Source: a bacterium (lineage in GTDB: Bacteria; JADJOY01). Taken from it: 20,000 nucleotides of DNA. Below the pieces are notes generated by a model that was not told the origin of the DNA, ran no database searches, and saw only the letters and a list, made by a program, of their open reading frames with translations. The stretch covers positions 61,612 through 81,611 of the forward strand of contig JAXLQJ010000034.1 in the NCBI GenBank assembly GCA_046331705.1. The letters are read 5' to 3'. Made by a program: the position numbers and the translations under genes. Below, one piece after another: positions 1 through 9,094 of this stretch. Every line of letters starts with the position of its first letter. Within the stretch, counting starts at the first letter, position 1.

Positions 1-1
1 C

Positions 2-127
2 GACGTCTACTACGCCCGCGGCATCCGCACGGTCTCGGTGCAGTTCGAGCTGCCGGCGATGCCGGTGGCCTTCCACCGCGACCGCATCTTCTCCACCACG
101 CTCTCGCTGCTGCGGCGCCTGGCGTGA
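2..127 (+). CDS. 3' end of an unidentified protein (partial, runs off the left edge)
   Basis: Frame 2 is open from the edge (DVYYARGIRTVSVQFELPAMPVAFHRDRIFSTTLSLLRRLA) to TGA at 125-127. Every sense codon ends in G/C. The next gene starts 13 nt downstream. Confidence 0.7.
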   Translation, partial: DVYYARGIRTVSVQFELPAMPVAFHRDRIFSTTLSLLRRLA

Positions 128-140
128 CGGGCTCGAATCG

Positions 141-980
141 GTGAAGGCCTCGCTGGTCGCCGCGATCGGGAACGCGCCAGTCGGCGTCGAGCCCCCGAGC
201 GAGCGCGCCCCGAGCGGTGAGTCCTCGTTCGCCGCGCGCTACCAGGCTGCGGTCGCGGAGGGACCCGCCGACGTCTCCGCTGCGCCGTGCTCCGTCCGGG
301 TCGAGTCCGGCGACACGCTGTGGGCGCTGGTTCGTCGCCAGCTCGAGTCCGGCGGCAATCGCGCCTCCGATGGCGACGTGCTCGCGGGCGTGCGCAGCGT
401 GGCCGCGCGCAATCGCATCGACGATCCCAATGTGATCGTGCCCGGCCAGACGATCGATCTCGCCGCCGTCGCCGACGTGGATCCGGGCGGCGACTCTCCG
501 CGGCTACCGGCGCTCGACGATGTGCCGGGTCCGGCGCCGGAGTCCGCGTCGGCGCCCGTCCCGGAAACGCTCGACCTCGGGGGCTTGGTGGCCGGCGGCG
601 GCGACCGGGTCACCAGTCGCTTCGGGCTGCGTCGCGATCCGCTCTGTGGCGAGCGCCGCTTCCACTCCGGCATCGACATCGCCGCGCCGCAGGGCGCCGG
701 CGTGCGTGCGGCTGCCGGGGGAACGGTCACCTTCGCCGGCCAGCAAGCGGGCTACGGCCGCACGGTCGTCATCGACCACGGCGACGGCCGCTCGACGGTG
801 TACGCGCACCTGAGCGCGATCCTGGTTCGTCCCGGCGATCGCGTGGATGCGTCGACGGAGGTCGCCCGCGTCGGCCGCACCGGCCGCGCCACGGGTCCGC
901 ATCTGCACTTCGAGCTGCGCCAGGACGGCGTCGCAGTCGATCCCGCGCTCGCCAGCCTCGCGATCGACGATCGCGCCTGA
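141..980 (+). CDS. LysM domain + M23 family zinc metallo-endopeptidase (peptidoglycan hydrolase)
   Basis: LysM-like segment VRVESGDTLWAL...NRIDDPNVIVPGQTIDL. M23 motifs VTSRFGLRRDP, HxxxD (HSGID), YAHL and HxH (GPHLHFE). GTG start with weak RBS, so the start is uncertain. Confidence 0.9.
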   Translation: MKASLVAAIGNAPVGVEPPSERAPSGESSFAARYQAAVAEGPADVSAAPCSVRVESGDTLWALVRRQLESGGNRASDGDVLAGVRSVAARNRIDDPNVIVPGQTIDLAAVADVDPGGDSPRLPALDDVPGPAPESASAPVPETLDLGGLVAGGGDRVTSRFGLRRDPLCGERRFHSGIDIAAPQGAGVRAAAGGTVTFAGQQAGYGRTVVIDHGDGRSTVYAHLSAILVRPGDRVDASTEVARVGRTGRATGPHLHFELRQDGVAVDPALASLAIDDRA

Positions 981-988
981 AGGGCCGC

Positions 989-1096
989 TGACGCACGCGC
1001 CGCTGCGCGTTTCTCGCGCCGGCCGCGGCTTCCTCGGGGGTCGGTCTCGGACCCCCGCCTGCCCGTCGACTGGCTGCGCTCGTCGCGGCGCCGTCA
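989..1096. repeat. Long imperfect palindrome between convergent genes (REP/MITE-like element or terminator structure)
   Basis: Nested inverted repeats: outer TGACG..GCGCCGC / GCGGCGC.CGTCA, middle CGCGCCGGCCGCGG / CCGTCGACTGGCTGCG (imperfect), and a perfect 8-bp inner stem CGGGGGTC-N7-GACCCCCG (1035-1057). Confidence 0.45.
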
Positions 1097-1122
1097 ACGC
1101 GCGCCAGCGCGAGCAGCGCTCG

Positions 1123-2091
1123 TCAGGCGAACGCAGCCATCGCCTTCTGATGGGCCTCGTGCGCCTCGCGCATCAGCAAGTCCACGTCGGGCGCGCTCAC
1201 CTCGAGTCCCACCGCGCTCGCGCGATTCACGACCTCCTCGAAGAAGGTCGCGGTCGACGCGGTGCCATCGGCCTCGGCTTCGAGCGCGTAGCAGAGCCGG
1301 TCCGCGAGATGCACGGCGGCCACCAGCAGGCTGTGCTCGTCGTCGTCTTGGGGCCGATGGTGGTACTCGATGGCGCGGCGGCACGTGCTGGGCAGCTTCC
1401 AGCTCGACGCCACCAGCGCTCCCACCTTCTCGTGGAACTCGTCGAACACCACCTCGAAGTAGTCGCCCGGCTCGAACTGGATGCCGGCCCGATCCCGCAG
1501 CACGCGCTCGATGTTCATGAGCGAGATCACGAGGGTGGGCTTGCCGATGTCGTGGAGCAGCCCGGCCAGGAACGCCTCGTCCATGGGCAGGCGCTTCATC
1601 TTGGCGACCTGGCGCGTGATGTTCCCGCACAGCAGCGCGTGCTCCCAGAGTCGCGTCATCGCGGCCTTGTAACGCTGATCGCGCAGGATCGCGGAGCGGA
1701 ACGAGATGGCCAGCACGATGTCGCGCACGTTCACCACGCCGAGCCGCTGCACGGCCTCGCGCAAGCTGGCGACCTCGCGGGTGCCGGCGAAGAACGCCGA
1801 GTTCGCGGTCTTGAGCACCTTCGCGGTGATGAACTGATCGCGCTCGATCACGCTCACCACGTCGCGAAGCTGGAACTCGCTGGTGGCCGTGAGCCGCATC
1901 AGCTCGACCGCGACCGACGGCAGCAAGGGCGCCTCGATCCGGTCCTCGCGGATGTCCTCCGAGACCTGACGACGCAGTGTCTTGAGGAGCGCCTCGATGC
2001 GGCGCTGCTCACGGTCGACCTCGATCGACGACCGAACCTCGATGGGGGTGGCTGCGGAGCGTGGAGGATGGCTCGAAACCGTCGCGGTCAT
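1123..2091 (-). CDS. HDOD domain signal-transduction protein (HD superfamily)
   Basis: PLLPSVAVELMRL, DQFITAKVLKTANSAFF, SLREAVQRLG, LWEHAL, AFLAGLLHDIGK, HEKVGALVASSWKLP, YHH, LAD. The ATG at 2091 has GGAG 6 nt upstream; alternative start at 2103. Confidence 0.92.
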   Translation of the reverse strand: MTATVSSHPPRSAATPIEVRSSIEVDREQRRIEALLKTLRRQVSEDIREDRIEAPLLPSVAVELMRLTATSEFQLRDVVSVIERDQFITAKVLKTANSAFFAGTREVASLREAVQRLGVVNVRDIVLAISFRSAILRDQRYKAAMTRLWEHALLCGNITRQVAKMKRLPMDEAFLAGLLHDIGKPTLVISLMNIERVLRDRAGIQFEPGDYFEVVFDEFHEKVGALVASSWKLPSTCRRAIEYHHRPQDDDEHSLLVAAVHLADRLCYALEAEADGTASTATFFEEVVNRASAVGLEVSAPDVDLLMREAHEAHQKAMAAFA

Positions 2092-2171
2092 GCGTGTCTC
2101 CATCCGTTCTGGGGGAGTGGGCGGGGATCACCCGTGGTGGCTGGCCGCATCGTGCGGTCGCGCTACCGCTC

Positions 2172-2200
2172 CTTTCGGCCGGCCATGCGCGCGACTTGAG
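2172..2200 (-). promoter_or_regulatory. Putative sigma28 (FliA/WhiG-type) promoter for the HDOD gene
   Basis: Minus strand reads CTCAAG-N15-GCCGAAAG, similar to the T(A/C)AAG...GCCGATAA sigma28 consensus (spacer about 1 nt longer than in E. coli). It lies about 80 nt upstream of the HDOD start. Confidence 0.5.
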
Positions 2201-2216
2201 CGATTCCGAGCAGGAG

Positions 2217-2253
2217 GCCGGTTTTGCCCGGTTCCCAGGCAAGGCTGACCGGC
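2217..2253. promoter_or_regulatory. Inverted repeat, candidate enhancer (UAS) for a sigma54 activator
   Basis: GCCGGT-t-TTGCC-N9-GGCAA-ggctg-ACCGGC, centred about 105 bp upstream of the predicted sigma54 +1 (about 2340), a typical bEBP enhancer distance. Confidence 0.3.
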
Positions 2254-2313
2254 GAATGGCCCCGCAACCGAGCGCGGACGCCCCTTTCTTCGCGCTTCTC
2301 GTCGGTTCCGTCG

Positions 2314-2329
2314 CGGCACGCATGTTGCG
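2314..2329 (+). promoter_or_regulatory. sigma54 (RpoN) -24/-12 promoter of the che operon
   Basis: CGGCACGCATGTTGCG against consensus TGGCACG-N4-TTGC(A/T). Invariant GG (2315-16) and GC (2327-28) are separated by exactly 10 nt. About 105 nt upstream of the cheA ATG. Confidence 0.78.
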
Positions 2330-2433
2330 AAGGGCCACCGTGACCTGGCGATCCGCGGCCGCTCCGATGTCGACCGCGAAACGCCACCGACCGTGATCGA
2401 TCCCCCGACCCCGACTGCTTGCGAGAGGTACCG

Positions 2434-4800
2434 ATGACCGAGCTCGACGAAGAGATCGTCAACGAGTTCCTGGTCGAAAGCTACGAGAACCTCGATCAGC
2501 TCGATCGAGACTTCATCGAGCTCGAGAAGGACCCGCGCAATCGCGAGATGCTCGCGCGGATCTTCCGCACCATCCACACCATCAAGGGCACCTCCGGGTT
2601 CCTGGGGCTCGAGAAGCTGCAGAAGGTCACCCACGTGGGCGAGAGCCTGCTCTCGCGCCTGCGGGATGGCGTGCTGCTCCTCGACCCCGAGATCACGACC
2701 GCGCTGCTGCGCATGGTCGATGCCGTGCGCCAGATCCTGGCGTGCATCGAGGCGGCCAAGAGCGAGGGCGACGTCGACTACGGGAGCCTGATCGCCGATC
2801 TCAACCGCCTGCAAGATCCCACGCAGCGCAGCGCGCCCACGGCCGCCGCGCCCGTTGCGGAGCAGGCGGCCCAGCCGGCGGCCGCGCCCGCGCCGCCGCC
2901 GAAGCCCGTGAGCGCACCGGCGGCCGCCGCTCCCCAGATCGCGAGCCCCGCAGCCACGCCGGCGCCGACGATCGCACCACCGCTCGCCGCGACGCCGACG
3001 CCCAGCACGCCGGCAGCAGCGCCCACTCCCTTCGCCACCGCTTCTCCCGCCGCGCCGGTGCCGCCGGCGCCCGGGACGAGCGCGCCCGCGAGTGACGGCG
3101 CGGAGACGAAGTCGGCGGCGCCAGGCGTATCGGAGAGCTCGATCCGTGTCGACGTGGGGATCCTCGACAAGCTCATGAACCTGGTCGGCGAGCTGGTCCT
3201 GGCGCGCAACCAGGTCCTCCAGCTCAGCACCAGCACCGCGGACTCGTCGTTCCAGGCCTCCACCCAGCGCCTCAATCTCATCACCACCGAGCTGCAAGAG
3301 AGCGTCATGAAGACGCGCATGCAGCCCATCGGGAACGTGTGGAGCAAGTTCCCGCGGGTGGTGCGCGACCTCGCCGTGATGTGCGGCAAGAAGGTGCGCG
3401 TCGAGATGGACGGCCAGGAGACCGAGCTCGACAAGACGATCCTGGAAGCGATCAAGGATCCGCTCACCCACGTGATCCGCAACTCGGTGGACCACGGCAT
3501 CGAGAGCAGCGAGACCCGCGTCGCCGCGGGCAAGCCCGCCGAGGGCTTGCTGTCGATGCGCGCCTACCACGAGGGCGGCCAGGTCATCATCGAGATCGCC
3601 GACGACGGCGGCGGCATCGATCCCGAGCGGGTACGCGCCAAGGCGATCGCGCGCGGCTTGATCACCGCCGAGCAAGGGGCGCGCCTCGGCGACCGCGAAG
3701 CCGTGAACCTCGTCTTCCTGCCCGGCTTCTCCACGGCCGAGAAGGTCACCAACGTCTCCGGGCGCGGTGTCGGCATGGACGTGGTGCGCACCAACATCGA
3801 GAAGATCGGCGGCACCGTCGACGTCCAGAGTCAGCTCGGACGCGGCACCACCATTCGCATCAAGATCCCGCTCACGCTCGCCATCATTCCGGCGCTGATC
3901 GTCACCGCCGGCGGCGACCGCTACGCGATCCCGCAAGTCAGCCTCCTCGAGCTGGTGCGGCTCTCGGGCGATCAAGCGATCCAGAAGATCGAGCGCATTC
4001 GCGGCGCGCCGGTCTACCGGCTGCGCGGCAACCTGTTGCCGCTGGTCGACCTGAGCCAGGAGCTCGGCCTGGTTTCCGCGAGTCGCGCCGACGTACCTGC
4101 CGATCCGACCAACCTGGTGGTGCTGCAGGCCGGGGACCGGACGTTCGGCCTGGTGGTCGAGAGCATCGGCGACACCGCGGAAATCGTGGTGAAGCCCCTC
4201 GGCAAGCAGCTCAAGGGCATCGATTGCTTCGCCGGAGCGACCATCATGGGCGACGGCACGGTGGCGCTGATCCTCGACGTCGTCGGCATCGCGCAGCGCG
4301 CCAAGATCCTGGGCGCCTCCGGCGAGCGCTCGCTGGTCGACACCGCGGACGCGGCGGTCGCCGCGAGCGAGGACGTCCAGACCTTCCTCCTCTTGGGTCT
4401 CGGCGAGCACGATCGGCTGGCGCTGCCGCTCTCGCTGGTGGCGCGGCTCGAAGAGGTGCCGGCGAGCTCGGTCGAGCGCGCGGGCGGCCACGAGGTGGTC
4501 CAGTACCGCGGCGAGATCCTGCCGCTCGTCCACCTGAGCCAGCACTTCGCCACCGACTCTCCCACCAACGATCCGCTGCAAGTGGTCGTCTACACCGAGC
4601 GTGGCGCGTCGGTGGGCGTGGTCGTCGACCAGATCGTCGACATCGTCGAGGAGCGCGTGACGATGCAACGCACGGCGGCTCGTCCGGGCTTGCTCGGCTC
4701 CGCCGTCATCCAGGGCCGCGTGACCGATCTCGTGGATCTCGCGAGCATCGTGCGCGCCGCCGACCCGACGTTCCTCGAAGGGCACGCCGAGGCCGCCTGA
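2434..4800 (+). CDS. cheA: Chemotaxis histidine kinase CheA (HPt - Pro/Ala linker - dimerisation - HATPase - two CheW-like domains)
   Basis: IFRTIHTIKGTSGFL (P1 His), IRVDVGILDKLMNLVGELVLARN, HVIRNSVDHGIE, DDGGGID, FLPGFSTAEKVTNVSGRGVGMDVV, IPLTLAI. RBS GAGAGG precedes ATG 2434. Confidence 0.97.
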   Translation: MTELDEEIVNEFLVESYENLDQLDRDFIELEKDPRNREMLARIFRTIHTIKGTSGFLGLEKLQKVTHVGESLLSRLRDGVLLLDPEITTALLRMVDAVRQILACIEAAKSEGDVDYGSLIADLNRLQDPTQRSAPTAAAPVAEQAAQPAAAPAPPPKPVSAPAAAAPQIASPAATPAPTIAPPLAATPTPSTPAAAPTPFATASPAAPVPPAPGTSAPASDGAETKSAAPGVSESSIRVDVGILDKLMNLVGELVLARNQVLQLSTSTADSSFQASTQRLNLITTELQESVMKTRMQPIGNVWSKFPRVVRDLAVMCGKKVRVEMDGQETELDKTILEAIKDPLTHVIRNSVDHGIESSETRVAAGKPAEGLLSMRAYHEGGQVIIEIADDGGGIDPERVRAKAIARGLITAEQGARLGDREAVNLVFLPGFSTAEKVTNVSGRGVGMDVVRTNIEKIGGTVDVQSQLGRGTTIRIKIPLTLAIIPALIVTAGGDRYAIPQVSLLELVRLSGDQAIQKIERIRGAPVYRLRGNLLPLVDLSQELGLVSASRADVPADPTNLVVLQAGDRTFGLVVESIGDTAEIVVKPLGKQLKGIDCFAGATIMGDGTVALILDVVGIAQRAKILGASGERSLVDTADAAVAASEDVQTFLLLGLGEHDRLALPLSLVARLEEVPASSVERAGGHEVVQYRGEILPLVHLSQHFATDSPTNDPLQVVVYTERGASVGVVVDQIVDIVEERVTMQRTAARPGLLGSAVIQGRVTDLVDLASIVRAADPTFLEGHAEAA

Positions 4801-4843
4801 CCCGGCAATCCGCGACGCCAGGTCGACCGAGAAGGAGACAACG

Positions 4844-5287
4844 ATGGGGAGCACCCACGCGTTCTGCACGTTCTGCGTCGACGACCACTTCTTCGGAGTC
4901 GAGGTCGAGAAGGTCCAAGAGGTGATCCGTCACCAGCCGATGACGCGCGTCCCGCTCGCGCCGGTGGTGGTGCGCGGCCTCATCAACCTGCGCGGCCAGA
5001 TCGTGACCGCGCTCGATCTCCGGCGCCGGCTCGGCTTGCCGGAGGCGAGCGTCGACCGACCGCCCGCCAACGTCGTCGTGCGCAGCGAGGACGGGGCCGT
5101 GAGCTTGCTGGTGGACGAGATCGGCGACGTCCTCGAGATCGACGAGGAGCATCGCGAAGCGCCGCCGAACACGGTCGACAGCCTGGGTCGGGACCTCATC
5201 CAGGCGGTCTACAAGCTCGATGGCCGCTTGCTGCTGATCCTCGACACCGAACGCGCCACGCGCGTGCACGGCGACGAGCGCTGCTGA
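4844..5287 (+). CDS. cheW: Chemotaxis coupling protein CheW
   Basis: [64 protein letters not shown]. Confidence 0.96.
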   Translation: MGSTHAFCTFCVDDHFFGVEVEKVQEVIRHQPMTRVPLAPVVVRGLINLRGQIVTALDLRRRLGLPEASVDRPPANVVVRSEDGAVSLLVDEIGDVLEIDEEHREAPPNTVDSLGRDLIQAVYKLDGRLLLILDTERATRVHGDERC

Positions 5288-5360
5288 CGCCGGGCACGCG
5301 GCAACGAGCCTCCACGGACGCCCCCTCGAACGGCGCGGTCAACGCGCAAAGGTCCTTCGC

Positions 5361-7472
5361 ATGGCCCACCGACTCCACCTGAAAAGCGTCCAGACCAAGC
5401 TCCTGGTCAGCTTCCTCGCACTGACCTTCGGCGCGATGGCGCTGGTCACCGCCCTCGCCTATCAGCGCAGCTCCGCGGCGCTCGCCGCTGCGGCCGGCAC
5501 GACCCTCGAGAGCGAAGCGACGCGGGCGCTGGAGACGATCGACCGCAACCTGGACAACCGAGTCCGGGACCTCAAGGCCACCGTGCGACGCAACGCCGCG
5601 CGCGGCGCGCCCGAGGTCGTCACGGCGGCGGCCAACGATCTGGTCCGCACGTACGGCTTCTACGATCTCATCGTGGTAGCCGATGTCGACGGGAACGTGA
5701 TCGCGACCAACACCGTCGACGCCGAAGGCCGCCCCTTGCGCGCGCAGTTCACCAATCGAAACGTCAAGGGCGAGACCTGGTTCCAAGCCGTCGTCGGCGG
5801 GTCGCTCGGGCGGGACCAGATCTACACCAGCGACGTCGTGAACGATCCGTGGGTCGCGGAGATCGCCAACGGCGAGGAGCAGGCCCTGAACATGGCGGCG
5901 GCCGTGCGCGACGAGAACGGCGCCGTCATCCGTGCCTGGTCGAATCGGCTGGCGTTCGATCGGCTCGGTCGCGCGGTCATGGACGACACGCGAAAGGACC
6001 TCGCGCAGCGCGGCATGAAGACGGTCGAGACCCAGCTCCTCTCCAAGGCGGGCCTCGTGCTCGACGACGCCGACCCCGCGGCGGAGATGAAGCTCAATCT
6101 GGTGGATGTGGGCCTGGCCGCAGCCAAGGCTGGGACCGAGGGAAAGAGCGGCTACGTCACCGAGGTCCACAAGCGCACCGGGAAGCTGCAAGTGAACGGC
6201 TACGCCGCCGAGAAGGGCTGGGCCCAATACCCGGGTCTCGGATGGAGCGCGCTGGTGCGTCAGGACGTCTCGGAGGCCGCAGCGGCGGCGACGGGGATCC
6301 GCAACTACATGATCCTGATCGCTCTCGCCGCGCTCGCGGTGGTCGTCGTCGCGGCCGTGGTGATCGCGCGCGGCATCGCCCGCCCGCTCGTGGCGACCGC
6401 CGACGTCCTCGAGAGCCTCGCGGACGGCGAGCTGCGCCGCCACGTCGCGGTGGACTCGACGGACGAGGTGGGACGCATGGGAACGGCGCTCAATCGCGCG
6501 ATGGACTCGATGCGCGACGCGCTGGGCGGCATCGCCGGCGCCGCGACCGGGCTCGCCAGCTCCTCCGAGGAGCTCACCTCGGTCAGCCGCCAGATGACCT
6601 CGAGCGCCGAGGAGACGGCATCGCAAGCGGGTGTGGTGTCGGCGGCGGCGGAACAGGTGAACGGCAACATCGGCAGCGTGGCGGCGTCGGTGGAAGAGAT
6701 GACGGCCTGCGTTCGCGAGATCGCCAAGAACGCGCAGGAAGCAGCGCGCGTGGCCTCGCAGGCCGTGGACATCGCCCAAGGCACCTCCACCACGATCCAC
6801 AAGCTCGGCGATTCCAGCAACGAGATCGGCAACGTCCTCAAGGTCATCACCTCGATCGCCGAGCAGACGAACCTGCTCGCCCTCAACGCCACCATCGAGG
6901 CGGCGCGCGCCGGTGAGTCGGGAAAGGGCTTCGCGGTGGTCGCCAACGAGGTGAAGGAGCTCGCCAAGGAGACCGCCAAGGCCACCGAGGACATCGGGCG
7001 CAAGATCGAGGCGATCCAGGACGACACCCGGGGCGCCATCCAGGCGATCACCGAGATCACCGAGGTGATCCACCAGATCAACGTGATCTCCACCACCATC
7101 GCCGGTGCCGTCGAGGAGCAAAGCGCCACGACCAACGAGATCGCTCGCAACGTGAGTGAAGCGGCGCGCGGCAGCGTCGAGATCACCCGCAACATCACCA
7201 GCGTCGCGCAGAGCGCCGGCGACACCACCGCGGGTGCCACGCAGACCCAGCTCGCCGCCTCCGAGCTCGCGCAGATGGCGTCGGATCTCACGCAGCTCCT
7301 GTCGCGCTTCCAATGGCAAGGCAGCGGCAACACCATGGGCGTGCCCAGCGTCGCGGCGCGCGCCCTCGCACCACTGCAACCGGCCGCGCCGCCGCCGCGG
7401 ACGAATCCGTCCAGCGGCGCATCGAACGGCAACGGTCATGCGCATGCGGGCAGCTACGTCTTCCATGCGTGA
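5361..7472 (+). CDS. Methyl-accepting chemotaxis protein (TM - Cache-like sensor - TM - HAMP - 38H signalling domain)
   Basis: Two hydrophobic helices, HAMP (IARPL...[11 protein letters not shown]) and hairpin tip [37 protein letters not shown]. Manual count gives 19 heptads per arm versus 18 in E. coli Tsr. Confidence 0.96.
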   Translation: MAHRLHLKSVQTKLLVSFLALTFGAMALVTALAYQRSSAALAAAAGTTLESEATRALETIDRNLDNRVRDLKATVRRNAARGAPEVVTAAANDLVRTYGFYDLIVVADVDGNVIATNTVDAEGRPLRAQFTNRNVKGETWFQAVVGGSLGRDQIYTSDVVNDPWVAEIANGEEQALNMAAAVRDENGAVIRAWSNRLAFDRLGRAVMDDTRKDLAQRGMKTVETQLLSKAGLVLDDADPAAEMKLNLVDVGLAAAKAGTEGKSGYVTEVHKRTGKLQVNGYAAEKGWAQYPGLGWSALVRQDVSEAAAAATGIRNYMILIALAALAVVVVAAVVIARGIARPLVATADVLESLADGELRRHVAVDSTDEVGRMGTALNRAMDSMRDALGGIAGAATGLASSSEELTSVSRQMTSSAEETASQAGVVSAAAEQVNGNIGSVAASVEEMTACVREIAKNAQEAARVASQAVDIAQGTSTTIHKLGDSSNEIGNVLKVITSIAEQTNLLALNATIEAARAGESGKGFAVVANEVKELAKETAKATEDIGRKIEAIQDDTRGAIQAITEITEVIHQINVISTTIAGAVEEQSATTNEIARNVSEAARGSVEITRNITSVAQSAGDTTAGATQTQLAASELAQMASDLTQLLSRFQWQGSGNTMGVPSVAARALAPLQPAAPPPRTNPSSGASNGNGHAHAGSYVFHA

Positions 7473-7537
7473 CGCGAGAGGGACGCGCGGGCGACCGCCC
7501 GTCCCGAGCGCAACTTCACGCTCGTGAGGTGAACGCC

Positions 7538-7909
7538 GTGAAAGCGATCGTCGTCGACGATTCCAAGGCCATGCGGATGATCCTGGCGCGCAGCCTGCGC
7601 GCACTCGGGTTCGACGTGGAGGAGGCGGGCGACGGGCGCCAAGCGCTCGACAAGCTCGCGACCATCGACGCGCCCGACCTGGCGCTGGTGGACTGGAACA
7701 TGCCGGAGATGAACGGTCTCGAGCTGGTGCGCGCGATGCGGGCCGAGTCGCGGCTCGCGGCGATGCGCGTGATGATGGTCACCACCGAGACCGAGATCAG
7801 TCACGTGACCCAGGCGCTCGAATCGGGTGCCGACGAGTACGTGATGAAGCCATTCACCGCCGACGCGATCCGCGAAAAGCTGGCGCTGCTCGGCTTCTCG
7901 CTGGGATGA
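7538..7909 (+). CDS. cheY: Single-domain response regulator CheY (first copy)
   Basis: GTG start after GAGGTG RBS. KAIVVDDS, LVDWNMPEMNG (phospho-Asp), MVTTE, YVMKPF. The N-terminal 75 aa of the track ORF (7313) overlap the MCP and are spurious. Confidence 0.93.
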   Translation: MKAIVVDDSKAMRMILARSLRALGFDVEEAGDGRQALDKLATIDAPDLALVDWNMPEMNGLELVRAMRAESRLAAMRVMMVTTETEISHVTQALESGADEYVMKPFTADAIREKLALLGFSLG

Positions 7910-9081
7910 CCATGGCCAAGATCCGGGTCCTGGTCGTCGACGATTCGGTGGTGGTGCGCCGGCTCGTCACCGACGCGCTGTCACGCGATCCGATGATCGA
8001 GATCGCGGGGGTGGCCGCCAACGGCCGCATCGCGCTCGCCAAGATCGCCGAGGTGAGCCCGGACATCGTGACGCTCGACGTCGAGATGCCCGAGATGGAC
8101 GGGCTCGCCACGCTGGTCGAGATCCGCAAGACGCGCCCCAAGCTGCCGGTGATCATGTTCAGCACGCTCACCGAGCGCGGTGGGGTGACGACACTGGAAG
8201 CCCTCGCCCGCGGGGCCAGCGACTACGTCACCAAGCCCTCGAACGTGGGCAGTGTGAACGAGGCGCTGGAACGACTGCGCGCCGAGATGCTGCCCAAGAT
8301 CAAGGCGCTCTGCGGCCGCTCCGCGGATGCTCCACCGGGGATGGCACGTCCCGCCCTCGGCCGTGCGGCAGCGCCCGGCGCGCCACCCGCCGCGCCGGGA
8401 GCCGCGCCGAGCCGCATCGCGCCGCGCCCCAGTGCCGCACCTCCGCCGCCGCGCACCCGATCCGGCCCTCCTGCACGAGTCGAGGTGGTCGCGATCGGCG
8501 TCTCGACGGGCGGCCCGAATGCGCTGGCGGTGGTGATCTCGAGGCTTCCAGGCGATCTGCCGGTGCCGATCCTGATCGTCCAGCACATGCCGCCGCTCTT
8601 CACGAAGCTCTTGGCGGAGCGCCTCGACTCGGGCTCGCGCTTGACGGTGCGCGAGGCCTTCGACGGCGCGCGCCCCACGCCAGGCTCCGTGTGGGTCGCG
8701 CCCGGCGATCACCACATGCTCGTGGCGCGGGAGGGTGGCGCGGTGGCGCTGCGCCTCAACCAGGCTCCCGCCGAGAACTCGTGCCGGCCGGCGGTCGATC
8801 CCCTCTTCCGCTCGGTCGTCGAGGTCTACGGCGCTCACGCGCTCGGGGTGGTGCTCACGGGCATGGGTCGCGACGGCTTGCTCGGCGCGCGCGCGCTGGT
8901 GGCCGCCGGTTCGCGCATCATCGCCCAGGACGAGGCGAGCTCGGTGGTGTGGGGCATGCCCGGCTACGTGGCGAGCGAAGGGCTCGCCGAGCGAGTGCTG
9001 CCCATCGGAGACGTGCCCGGCGAGATCGAGCGCCGGGTGACGGAGTCGCGCGGCCTTCGGCCCGCGCGGGCGATCGCGTGA
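7906..9081 (+). CDS. cheB: Chemoreceptor methylesterase CheB (REC + methylesterase)
   Basis: REC VLVVDDS/TLDVEMP/TKP. Catalytic S-H-D in GVSTGGP, IVQHMP and LTGMGRDG. ATGA overlap with the cheY stop (alternative start 7912). Confidence 0.97.
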   Translation: MTMAKIRVLVVDDSVVVRRLVTDALSRDPMIEIAGVAANGRIALAKIAEVSPDIVTLDVEMPEMDGLATLVEIRKTRPKLPVIMFSTLTERGGVTTLEALARGASDYVTKPSNVGSVNEALERLRAEMLPKIKALCGRSADAPPGMARPALGRAAAPGAPPAAPGAAPSRIAPRPSAAPPPPRTRSGPPARVEVVAIGVSTGGPNALAVVISRLPGDLPVPILIVQHMPPLFTKLLAERLDSGSRLTVREAFDGARPTPGSVWVAPGDHHMLVAREGGAVALRLNQAPAENSCRPAVDPLFRSVVEVYGAHALGVVLTGMGRDGLLGARALVAAGSRIIAQDEASSVVWGMPGYVASEGLAERVLPIGDVPGEIERRVTESRGLRPARAIA

Positions 9082-9094
9082 CGCGGAGCCGTAC

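Noticed and set aside
847-2199. 450-aa plus-strand ORF
   Set aside because: Antisense to the HDOD gene and overlapping the M23 gene; no domain signal.
2830-3120. Tandem repeat or CRISPR-like array in the cheA linker
   Set aside because: Low-complexity Pro/Ala codons with no fixed-period repeat unit or spacers. I saw no CRISPR array, tRNA, rRNA or transposase anywhere in the window.
2128-7604. Long antisense ORFs (2128-4869, 913 aa; 5196-7604, 802 aa; 6305-7432)
   Set aside because: Shadow frames of cheA and the MCP, expected in high-GC DNA; no recognisable motifs.
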